Source of the DNA: Macrostomum hystrix
Lineage: Eukaryota; Animalia; Platyhelminthes
Direction: 5' to 3'
Assembly: GCA_950097015.1 (NCBI GenBank)
Contig: CATNEN010000038.1
Span: 23,684,001-23,748,000, forward strand
Length of the DNA stretch: 64,000 nt
The translations under genes were made by a program, and so were the position numbers. Below the pieces are notes generated by a model. It did not search any database and was not told where the DNA came from. It worked only from the letters and a program-made list of their open reading frames with translations. Positions 23,101-35,100 of the stretch are shown one piece after another (position 1 is the stretch's first letter; the number at the start of each line of letters is the position of its first letter).

Positions 23101-26100
23101 GTCGCATTGTGCTGCCGACACTCAAGATGGTACAGAAGGTGGCAGTTCAACCAGCCAGCCCTGATCAGCGAGACCTGCTCACAGCCGTTATGGACCTATT
23201 CTCTTCAATGTTTCTACAGTTGGGCACCAAGTTTATGACATTTTATCCCATTGTAGATAGGGTTATTCGACGTTGCAAAATCCAGCAACATCAACGTTTC
23301 GACCTCATTGCTAATAAGGTAAATTAGTTGACATTCATTTCACACCTTTATATTTACATCTGATTTGTATCAATCTTACTTGTCACTTCTTATCTAAATT
23401 ATTAGTAATGACCCTTAAATTTAAACTCTCTCGCCTGATACCTTTGATATATAATGTATCAAGTCAGTAATTTAAATTAATTTTTATCTTTCGCCTGTCA
23501 CAATTTTTTTAACATTTATTATCTTATGGTAATAATGAGTTATTTACGGCACCTCATACACCATCTACTCATCGATAATATGATATCATAATTGTACCCA
23601 TAATAATAAAAATAGAATTAATTGCAGGAGGGCTGCGGGAAATGACACATCATTTGGTAACACTGGAACCGCAGCCAGCGAGAAGGCAGTTCTGCCCATT
23701 TCGCTGACTCCTGAGCTCACACTCACACATACTGTACGTTGGCCTGGCCCTCAAGTGCGTATTTTGCACGAAAAACAAAGTCTTTTTTCTGCGGCTGCGC
23801 CCCAAATGAATTTGCCTCGCCACGGAATTGAGCTCATGTACCTTGGATGCGAGAGGCAAATGCGTTAGACCGCTCTGCCACTCACCTCCCTCACAATAAT
23901 TTCACCCCCCACTGATAATTGCTGGCCAGGTGTCGAAGAACACAGTGCTGAGCGATTTCTTCGCCAGCGATCCGGCACTGATGCGGGTGACCGAGATTGG
24001 CGGCCGGCACGCCAGACGACGCGAGAAGCTCGGCCTTGGAGTTGGCGGCGGCAGCGGCGCCAGCGGCCAAGGCGGCGCAACCTCCGTTGGCGGCGGCGGC
24101 ACCGCTGCTGGCGGCGGCGGGGCGGTGTCGTCTTCAACGACCGGATCCGGCGCTGCCGTCGTCGTCGGCTCGGGCGCTCAGAATCAGAAGCTGCAACCGA
24201 TGGTGCTGCAACGCTCCTGGCAGATTGCTTCCGTGGTGTCTAAAGACGATTGGCATCAATGGTTGCGCAATCTAACAGAGACACTGATTCGAGAGAGCCC
24301 GTCTGTTAGCATCAGGGCCTGCAGATTGCTGGCACAGGCTAACCCGGCTATAGGTGAGTGTGTCCGAGCCTTTGCACTAGTCTTTGTCTTCTAGTACTGA
24401 CCTTTGTTTCTGAGTGATGAAACACTGTTACTGTAGAGCTTCAATCTGGAGGTTTCGAAAGCTATAGTCGAGGATATGGAATGCTGTAATCTGAGGATAT
24501 GGAATGCTGCAATCTGAGGATATGGAATGCTGCAATCTGATGATATGGAATGCTGCAATCTGAGGATATGGAATGCTGCAATCTGAGGATATGGAATGCT
24601 GTAATCTGAGGATATGGAATGCTGTAATCTGAGGATATGGAATGCTGCAATCTGAGGATATGGAATGCTGCAATCTGAGGATATGGAATGCTGTAATCTG
24701 AGGATATGGAATGCTGCAATCTGAGGATATGGAATGCTGCAATCTGAGGATATGGAATGCTGTAATCTGAGGATATGGAACGCTGCAATCTGAGGATATG
24801 GAATGCTGTAATCTGAGGATATGAAATGCTGTAATCTGAGGATATGGAATGCTGTAATATGAAGATATGGAATGCTGTAATCTGAGGATCTTGGAAGCTA
24901 CTATTTGAGGATCTGAGATCTGTACTCTTATGATCTTGAAATATGAAATTTGAGGATTTGGGAACTTACAATCTCTGGATCTTATGAAGCAGAGAAACTG
25001 AGGATCTTCGGAAACTAAAAACTGAGGATCTTCATAAACTAAAAACTGAAGATCCACGGAAACTAAAAACTGAGGATCTTCGGAAGCAAAAAACGGAGGA
25101 TATTTAGAAATTTTATTGTGTGGATCTTCTAAGAAGCTAAATCTTAAAAAATTGTAATTCATATTTTCGGTCAAATTTGGCAAAATCTTTAGTCAGTCTT
25201 CGCACGCATTCAACTGCAGGCAAGCAGCTATTCAATGCGGCCTTTGTCAGCTGCTGGAGCGAGTTGCCGGATAGTCTCCAAGACGAACTAATCCAAGTAT
25301 TGGAACAGGCTCTCAGCGCTTCCAAGGATGTGCCAGAAATTTCTCAGACAATTTTAAACCTATCCGAATTCATGGATCATCGCGACAGTTCGCCGCTACC
25401 TTTGAGCGTCAAACTCTTAGCCGATAAGGCCATCAAGACGCGAGTCTATGCCAAGGCCCTGTACTATAAGGAGACCGAGTTTAGAGACTGTGTTCAATCT
25501 AAATTCGATCCGTCCAATTATAGCGACATTCTGGAGAGCCTAATTAGCATTAATAATAAGCTGGGCATGGTGGAATCCGCTGAAGGTGTGCTGCAGAATG
25601 CGGCCTCCTATTTTAAGGAGGGCCTACGCAATCAGGAGTTCTGGTTTGAGAAGCTGCAAGACTGGTCTAAAGCACTCATGTTGTACGAGAGAAATATTGA
25701 CCAGCATCCGAATAATGCTAAGCTGGTAGGTACTTCAATTCTTTAATTAAGCTTTAAACATGCCTTAAAATGGGTTATTGTAGGTCAATGTCAATTTCGA
25801 GATAATGTCGGGTCGCGTAGGTCAATTTGGGTCAATTTAGATCAATATTGGTCCGTGTAGGTCAATATGGGTCATGAAGGTCTATTTAGATCAACATTTG
25901 TCAATTTAGGTCAATATTGTTCCGTGTAAGTCAATTTAGGTCAATATGGGTCCGTGTAGGTCAATATGGGTCATGAAGGTCAATTTGGGTCAATTTAGAT
26001 CAACATTTGTCAATTTAGGTCAATATGGGTCCGTGTAGGTCAATTTGGGTCAATTTAGATCAACATTTGTCAATTTAGGTCAATATGGGTCCGTGTAGGT

Positions 26101-29100
26101 CAATTTAGGTCAATATGGGTCATGAAGGTCAATTTAGGTCAATATGGGTCCGTGTAGGTCAATTTAGGTCAATATGCGTTAATTTGGGTCAATGTGGGTT
26201 TACGTAGTTCTATGTGAGTCAGTGTAGGTCAATATGGGTCAGTTTGGGTTAATGTAGGTCAATGTGGGTCAGTTTGGGTTAATGTAGGTCTATGTGGGTC
26301 AAAATAAGTCAAAATAGATCAATATTGGTCAAGGTATGACAGCGTAATTCGATGTAGGACAATGTAGAAAGAACTTTTGTTATCAGCATGTAATTTAGCC
26401 GTAATTGTATGAGTCATGACAACATAAGCTGAATTTGGTCAACAAGCAAAGATGCATCGCTAATGAATTCAGGTCGTAGGCCGTCTTCGCTGCCTAGAAG
26501 CTCTTGGCGAATGGACCGATCTAGAAGCTATCGCCACAGAGAAATGGGCCTTCCTATGCGATCACACGGATCAAGAGCGCGACAAAGTGGCCGCAATGGC
26601 TATCAACGCCTGCTGGTCCAACAGATCCTGGGAGAAATTGTGCAGCTTTCTAAAATTTCTGCCCAAAGATTCTTACGACGCGAATTTTTTCAACGCAGTC
26701 TACGCCATTCATTTGGGCTCGTTTGAGGAGGCTCGCTGCTTTCTAGATCGTAGTCGGGACATTCTAGACGCCGATATTGCTAACGCGGCTAGCGACAGCT
26801 ATATGCGATCCTATAGCATCTGCGTATCGGCGCAGACCCTAACTGAGCTGGAGGAGGTCATGGAGTACAGACTGGAAGTGGATCGCAGGCCTCTCATTCG
26901 CGAATGCTGGTCTAAGAGATTGGAGAGCTGCGAGAAACAGGTTGAAGACTGGTGGCGATTGTTGCAGGTAAGTTTATTCTTTTACACAGCTTTGGATCGC
27001 TAATCTTTGTTAGGTCTTTGTACATAATTTTTTTCTCCTGGTCTTTGTTTAACTCCGATATTCCTTTTTGAGGTCTTTGTTCGACTCCGATTTTGCTCTT
27101 GAGGTCTTAGTTTCACTCAGAGTCACTCAGAGTTTTCTTTTTGGGGTCTTTGTTCGACTCAGATTTTGCTCTTGAGGTCTTTGTTCGACTCAGATTTTTC
27201 TACCTTCTTCTTGGCGAGGTGTTTTGTTTTACTCCGATTTCTCTTCGTGCAGCCTATTTTTCAAGTCAGTGCTTTCTTTAGGAGGTCTTTATTAAACTCT
27301 TAATTCGTTTTCATGAGGTCTTTGTTTAACGAGGAGTTCCTTTTCGTGAAGCTTCATTAATCTAGTAATACATCTTAATTATATTGTTGCGCAATCCCAA
27401 TAGCTCTTTTCTGAAGTCTATTTTTAAACTATATTTTATCTTCAGGTCTATTGTTTAGTAAAAATCTTTATACTTTCGTGAGGTCTTTGTTTGTTCAGAA
27501 GTATCCGCACATTCACATTCACACATTTCAATGTAAATATAATTTCTTCAGGTTCGCTCCCTAGTGCTCAGCCCTGTTGAGCAGATGCACGACTGTCTGA
27601 AATTTGCCAGCCTCTGTCGCAAGAACAATCGTACCAGTTTCTCTTTGCGCGTCATCGCCAGCCTGATGGGCTTCAATCCTGCTGTGGTGGTGCCCAGCCC
27701 GGCCGACCAGTGCAAGAGGCCAGAGGTTTGTTGCTTGAGTTGCCAATTTTTTTGCCTCTTTAGTGCAATTAAAAAAAACTTTGAACTCAACCAACTCCCG
27801 CTAAAATTAAAGAAGCCAACGATGTGTAATCAGTTTACTGCACATGCCAATAATTCTATTAATTGTAAGCACTTCTCAGTTGAAATAATGTAATGTTCTT
27901 AAAAGGGCCGTTTTATTGTCTTAAGTTTTGGTTTAAATTTAATAACAAAAGTACTTCATGGAAAAAAAGTTTTTTATCCAATCTAGTGACGTTTATTAGT
28001 AGTAATAATAATTGTAATTGATTACACCTGCCCCGATTGGGCCAGTTGTGCACTTAACTGCACAGCCGCAGCTATTGGGCGGCGCATCTGAGGACTGGGG
28101 GTACGCCACACACCCTCAATTACCCCAATGTACACATTGAACGGCTAGGTGAACTTAAGCAGTTTAGAGTTAAGTGTCTTGCTACAGGACACAATTTGTT
28201 CCAGTAGAGTCGGGAATCGAACTCCCGACCTTCAAGTCGTGAGTCCGACGCTCTAACCACAAGGCTAGAACCCCTTCTCTCCCCTTTCAATCGCTTTAAG
28301 AGTACATGTAAATAAAAATTTTCTAGTATCACTGTGGTCTTTAAAAACGGCCGTTTTTGTACGCAGTTGCTCCACCCTGCTAACTTTTCATTTAGGTAAG
28401 CCTGGCCTACGCCAAGCATCTGTGGTTCTCCGGTCAGAAAGCCGAAGCCACAAATCGACTGACCCGACTAATTCGAGCCTTAGTGTCGCATCAGGACTCC
28501 TCCAGCGGTGGTGGCTCAAATTCGGTTGCCATGGCAACAGCCGGCGGAGTCGTCGGTGCGCCTACAATTAGCGAGCGTCGCCTACTAGCTAAAGCTTTTC
28601 TAAAGCTGGCCAATTGGTATCTTGACACGCGGGTTGGAGATGCTGGTGTTGGCGGAAGCAGCAATGGCGCTGTTGGCAGCGGCAGCAACGCTCCTGGTGC
28701 TGCCACTAACAGCGACGATGATCACATCTTTGCCTGCCTACCGGAGCAGTGGCGCGGTGGCGCAATGCAGCCTAGTAGCGCCATTGTGGCCGGCAGTCCC
28801 TATCTGTACTGCATGCACCGCTGTTTGGGCTTGGTGTCAGCGGCTACGGATCGCGATGCTGAATTAAGAAAAGCCTGGGCTAGATTCGGACTAATGAGCT
28901 ACGAAAGTCTGTTGCATCTCAAGACTGAGGTGAGCTGCTCTGAAATCTGTCTATAAATGGTTTTACTATATCTGATGATTAGAGGATTCCCCTCTTCCCA
29001 AGTTGCGGCTTTGTACTACATGGGAATTCCCTTTTCCTGATGTTCTTGAATGATTGAGATTTAATTCTTTCTTAAGCTTCAAAAGAGCTTGGTTTTTAAT

Positions 29101-32100
29101 GGTTCTTTCGGAAAATTTAAATTGGGATTTCCCTTTTAAGGGTCAAAAGTAAATTTAGGATTCACCACACTAAAAATTACAAAAATTCAGTTTCATTTTT
29201 TCCTAGTTTTGAGACAAATAAAATTATGATTGTCATTTTCCAGGTTTTAAAGCTCAATAGGAATTCCCTCAAATCAAGTCTCAAAACGAAAGTTTGGATT
29301 TTCCTTTAACAAGATATTCAAAACAAAATTTAGGATTTTCCTTTAACAAGATATTCAAGACTTTCAAAACAATTTAGGAATTTTCTTTTCCAAGGTTTTC
29401 AAAGCAATTAGGAATTTACTCTTTCTAAGATTTTTAAAACGAAATCCAAGATTTCTCTCTTTTCAAAAATTTTCAAAACAAAATCTGGGATTTCCTTTTT
29501 TCACGAATTTTCTAAACAAAATCTGGGATTTCCCTTTTTCACGAATTTTCAAAACAAAATCTGGGATTTCCCCTTTTCAAGAATTTTCTAAACAAAATCT
29601 GGATTTTCTTTTCTTTCTAGAATTTTCATAACAAAATCTGGGATTTCCCTTTTTCACGACTTTTCATAACAAAATCTGGGATTTCCCTTTTTCACGAATT
29701 TTCTAAACGAAATCTGGGATTTCCCTTTTTCACGAATTTTCTAAACAAAATCTGGGATTTCCCTTTTTCACGAATTTTCCTAACAAAATCTGGGATTTCC
29801 CTTTTCACGAATTTTCCTAACAAAATCTGGGATTTCCCTTTTCATGAATTTTCTAAACGAAATCTGGGATTTCCCTTTGTCACGACTTTTCATAACAAAA
29901 TCTGGGATTTCCATTTTTCACGAATTTTTAAAACAAAATCTGGGATTTCCCTTTTTCACGAATGTTCATAACGAAATCTTGGATTTCCTTTTCTCACGAA
30001 TTTTCGAAACAAAATGCATGGCTTTCTTTTCCTCGTACTTCAAACGCGTATTTTGATTTCCGATTTCCGATTTCTATGCTTCGAGACAAAATTAAGATTA
30101 GGATTGTGAACGGGATTGCGAGATATTTTTGTTATATTCCATTCTATTCCAGATCCGGCCAGAGCCAGACAGTCGAGCAGACTATCACCGCCTCGTGGCC
30201 GCCTATTCGCTCAGCGCTGTCCGCGGCTTCGTCAAATCTCTGTGCCTATGCACCGGCAATAGTCTGCAGGACAGTCTGCGCCTCATCAATCTACTATTTG
30301 AATTCGGCGCCGAGGAGCAAATTGTGCAAGCTGTTAACGATGGCTTGCACAGAATCCGATTAGAGAACTGGTTGCTAGTGATCCAACAGATGCTAGCCAG
30401 GATTGACTCAACTAGGGATATGGTCAACGCTGAGATTGTCAACATTCTAGTTGAAGTTGGAAAGGCTCATCCGCAGGTAAGAATAAAAGTTCGTGTTTCT
30501 CCAGGCTTTGCGTCCACTTTGTGTCTACTGAGAGGTCTGAAGTTCGATCTCCTTTAAACGGCCCTTTTTAGGCGATGATTAATCCTTTGATTCTGGCTTT
30601 CAAATCTGGCGGCACTCAGCGGCGAAGATGGAATTGCAACAAGATTCTCTATAACATGGAGAGCCACTCGCCTAGGCTAGTTAGCGAAGGCTTCATGCTT
30701 AACGAAGAGCTGATTAGATTAGCCATCACTTGGGCCGAGATGTGGTACGAATCTATTGAAGAGGCGTCTAGAGCATTCTTTGGCGACACCAAGGATATCA
30801 GGTTTGTGCTAGTCCTCGTAGATTTATTTTAAAGTGTTGTTGCTTCATTGTTCATTCCACGACCATCGCATTTATTCGTTATTTTACTTATTGACTAATT
30901 TGATAAATCTTGACTTATCTCATACGCATCTACCATTCTTACCCATTTGCTCTCCCATTTTATGCCTCATTCCTCTAAAATTTTGCCTCCTTTTCCTCTC
31001 TAAAATTCTACACCCTCTCCCCTTCTACCCCTCTTTCCTCTCTTCCCTTCTACCCCTTTTCTCTCCAATTCTACTCCTCTTCTCACTCCCCTTCTACCCC
31101 TCTCTTATCTCTCCGCTCCTACCCCTCTTCTTACTCCCCTTCTACCCCTCTCTTCTCTCTCCCCTTATACCCCTCTTCTTTCTCCAATTCTACCCCTCTC
31201 TTCTCTCTCCCCTTCTACCCCTCTCTTCTCTCTCCCCTTCTACCCCTCTTCTTTCTCCCCTTCTACCCCTCTCTTCTCTCTCCCCTTCTACCCCTCTCTT
31301 CTCTCTACCCGTATACCCCTCTTCTTTCTCCAATTCTACCCCTCTCTTCTCTCTCCCCTTCTACCCCTCTCTTCTCTCTCCCCTTCTACCCCTCTCTTCT
31401 CTCTCCCCTTCTACCCCTCTTCTTTCTCCCCTTCTACCCCTCTCTTCTCTCTCCCCCTCTACCCCTCTCTTCTCTCTACCCTTCTACCCCTCTCGTCTCT
31501 CTCCCCTACTACCCCACTCTCATCTCTCCCCTTATACCCCCTTCTTTCTCCAATTCTACCCCTCTCTTCTCTCTCCCCTTCTACCCCTCTCTTCTCTCTC
31601 CCCTTCTACCCCTCTTCTTTCTCCCCTTCTACCCCTCTCTTCTCTCTCCCCTTCTACCCCTCTCTTCTCTCTACCCTTCTACCCCTCTCTTCTCTCTCCC
31701 CTACTACCCCACTCTCATCTCTCCCCTTCTACCCCTCTTTCTTCTCTCCCATTCTACCCCTCTTTCTTCTCTCCCATTCTTCCCCTCTTTCTTCTCTACC
31801 ATTATCTCTTTCGCTTCACTTCACATTCAGACTTAAAGCTAGAATTGCAATAACAGCCAAACGTATATTTTGTTAACAAGGCTGATGCTGCAGATTCTGC
31901 AGCCGTTGCACGAGCTGATGACTAAACCGCCCGAGACCCTGCAAGAGACTGCATTTCACCAGGAGTACGCTAGAGAGCTCCAGGAGTGTCAGGAATTGTG
32001 CGTCAAATATCAGCGCTGCCGTGATATGCGAGAGCTGCACGTCGCTTGGGATATTTATTATAATATCTTCCGCCGATTGGGCAAACAGGTGCGCTGGCTT

Positions 32101-35100
32101 TGTCGTTTCAGTGATATATTTCGCTGATTCCTGCCTAATGTTTGAGTCAAAAATTTGCCGCTACCTGCTAAGCCCGGAGTGGGATTAAGTATTAGGTATC
32201 ATGCCCTATGTCAGGTCAGATTCTTGGTCAAGTTGTAGATCATGTCCTAGGTCAAGTAGTGGGTCATGTCCTAGGTCAAGTAGTGGGTCATGTCCTAGGT
32301 CAAGTAGTGGGTCATGTCCTAGGTCAAGTATTGGGTCATGTCCTAGGTCAAGTATTAGGTCATGTCCTAGGTCAAGTATTGGGTCATGTCCTAGGTCAAG
32401 TATTAGGTCATGTCCTAGGTCAAGTATTAGGTCATGTCCTAGGTCAAGTAGTGGGTCATGTCCTAGGTCAAGTAGTAGCTCATGTGTCCAAAATCAAGTA
32501 GTAGCTCATGTGTCCAAAATCAAGTAGTAGCTCATGTGTCCAAAATCAAGTAGTAGCTCATGTGTCCAAAATCAAGTAGTAGCTCATGTGTCCAAAATCA
32601 AGTAGTAGCTCATGTGTCCTAAGTCAAGTAGTAGGTCATGCCGTCGGTCAGTTTATGCTATCTTACATTATAATACATTCTCATTTGGTGCAAGGCTAAT
32701 TTCTTTCGAAACAATTCTTTAACCGCTTTACCAGGTGCCAGCTGTGCAGACTTTGGAGCTAAGCTACTCGGCTCCACGGCTAGCTAACTATGGCCCAGAC
32801 TGGGAATTAGCTGTCCCAGGCACCTACCTGCCAAGGAAGCCGGTGATTAGAGTAGCCGGAATTAAGCCAACTCTTAAACTCATCAATTCTAAACAGAAGC
32901 CGCGTATTTTAACTGTCAACGGTTCCGACGGGCACGGCTACACCTTCCTGTTGAAGGGTCACGAAGATATTCGACAGGATGAGCGGGTTATGCAACTGTT
33001 TGGACTGACCAACTCGCTGCTGATGAGCAATATTAGAACTGTCAGATGCAATCTAACGTGAGTGGTTCAGAGTAGATGTCAAATGTTAGATAGGGCTGTT
33101 TTTGCTGTCTTTTTTTATTTTAGGGTAACGACGAAGGTTATGAGGTGGAGGGTTACTACCCCTACTGAAGGTTATGAGGTGGAGGGTTACTACCCCTACT
33201 GAAGGCTCTGAGGTGGAGGGTTACTACCCCTACTGAAGGTTATGAGGTGGAGGGTTACTACCCCTACTGAAGGTTATGAGGTGGAGGGTTACTACCCCTA
33301 CTGAAGGCTCTGAGGTGGAGGGTTACTACCCCTACTGAAGGTTATGAGGTGGAGGGTTACTACCCCTACTGAAGGTTATGAGGTGGAGGGTTACTACCCC
33401 TACTGAAGGCTCTGAGGTTGAGGGTTACTACCCCTACTTAAGGTTATGAGGTGGTGGGTTACTACCCTTACTGAAGGTTATGAGGTGGTGGGTTACTACC
33501 CTTACTGAAGGTTATGAGGTGGAGGGTTACTACCCCTACTGAAGGCTCTGAGGTTGAGGGTTACTACCCCTACTGAAGGTTATGAGGTGGAGGGTTACTA
33601 CCCCTACTGAAGGTTATGAGGTGGAGGGTTACTACCCCTACTGAAGGTTATGAGGTGGAGGGTTACTACCCCTACTGAAGGTTATGAGGTGGAGGGTTTC
33701 TACCCCTACTGAAGGTTATGAGGTGGAGGGTTACTACCCCTACTGAAGGTTATGAGGTGGAGGGTTTCTACCCCTACTGAAGGTTGTGAAGTTGGTAACA
33801 CTTCCCCTCTTCCTTACTTTCCTCCTTTCTTAGGTTACTACCCCTAAGCTGAAAGTTTCAATATGTAACTTGCTATCACCTTACGACTTGCATCGATTGC
33901 CTGATAATCTCCATTCACACCTGTACAGCATTCAGCGCATGTCAATTATACCGCTGTCAACTAACACTGGCCTAATTGGCTGGGTGCCGAATTCTGACAC
34001 TCTGCACACTCTGATTCGAGACTATCGAGAAAAGAAGAAAATCCGACTCAATCTGGAGCACTGGACTATGCTCAAAGTAATTATTATTTAACTCTCTCAG
34101 GTTTTTGCTAAATTTCCAGTGATTAAAATGTTTTTAAATTCGTTATTGCCAGATGGCGCCGGAATTCGACAAGTTGACAATCGCCCAGAAGACTGAAGTG
34201 TTTGAGTACGGTCTCACCTCGTGCGAAGGCGACGATTTGGCCAAGATCATCTGGGACCGCAGTCCCACTGCTGAGGTGAGTGGGGAATCGAACCCCTCTG
34301 GGTCTGGCACTTTAACCACAGAGCTACAACCTCCTCTCCCTTTACAATGGCATTAAAAGCAGTGTGTTCCTAAAAGGGCCGTTTTTCTACTTATCGGCAA
34401 TAACTTAGTAAACTGAAGCAATACAGAGTTAATTGTCTTTGCTAACGGAAACAAAAAACTACTTTTGGATTTGAAAATCCAACCCCCGACCTTCAAGTGT
34501 TCAAGTCAAGTCTAAAACCCCTAATTCAGGTCAAAATCATTCACTCCACTTAGCTCTACTTTAAGTAGCTACCAATGCGTACGTTCTAACAAAACACCCC
34601 GCAGCTGTGGTTCGAGCGTCGCACGAACTACATTCGCTCACTGGCCACAATGTCCATGGTTGGCTACATTCTGGGCCTAGGCGATCGGCATCCATCGAAT
34701 ATCATGCTGAATCGGGACACTGGCAAAATTGTTCACATCGATTTCGGCGACTGCTTCGAGGTTGCCATGCACCGGGAGAAATTTCCCGAACAGGTGCCGT
34801 TCCGCCTAACCCGAATGCTGATTAAAGCATTGGAAGTGACTGGCATTGAAGGCTGCTTTCGTCAGACTTGCATCCTAGTGATGAATCTGCTTCGCGAGAA
34901 CAAAGACTCCATTATGGCTGTGCTGGAAGCATTTGTCTATGATCCGTTGCTCCAATGGATTCTGCTTGATCACAAACGCGAATTTGGAGACGCCAAGAAG
35001 ACTATGCAGAACTTTCGTAGGCCGGCGGAACCGATGGCGGCCGTGGCTGACGCTGCCGCCGCTGTGGCTGCCGCAGATCCGCAGGTTAGAGATTATAGGG

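Noticed and set aside
28195-28274. tRNA gene candidates (also 44940-45006, 61040-61117, 61572-61630)
   Set aside because: A/B boxes are present but the acceptor stems do not close, and each continues into a shared SINE body, so these are SINE heads.
30834-31853. 339-aa Leu/Pro/Ser-rich ORF
   Set aside because: Arises from a G-poor polypyrimidine tract in intron 19 that rarely forms stop codons.
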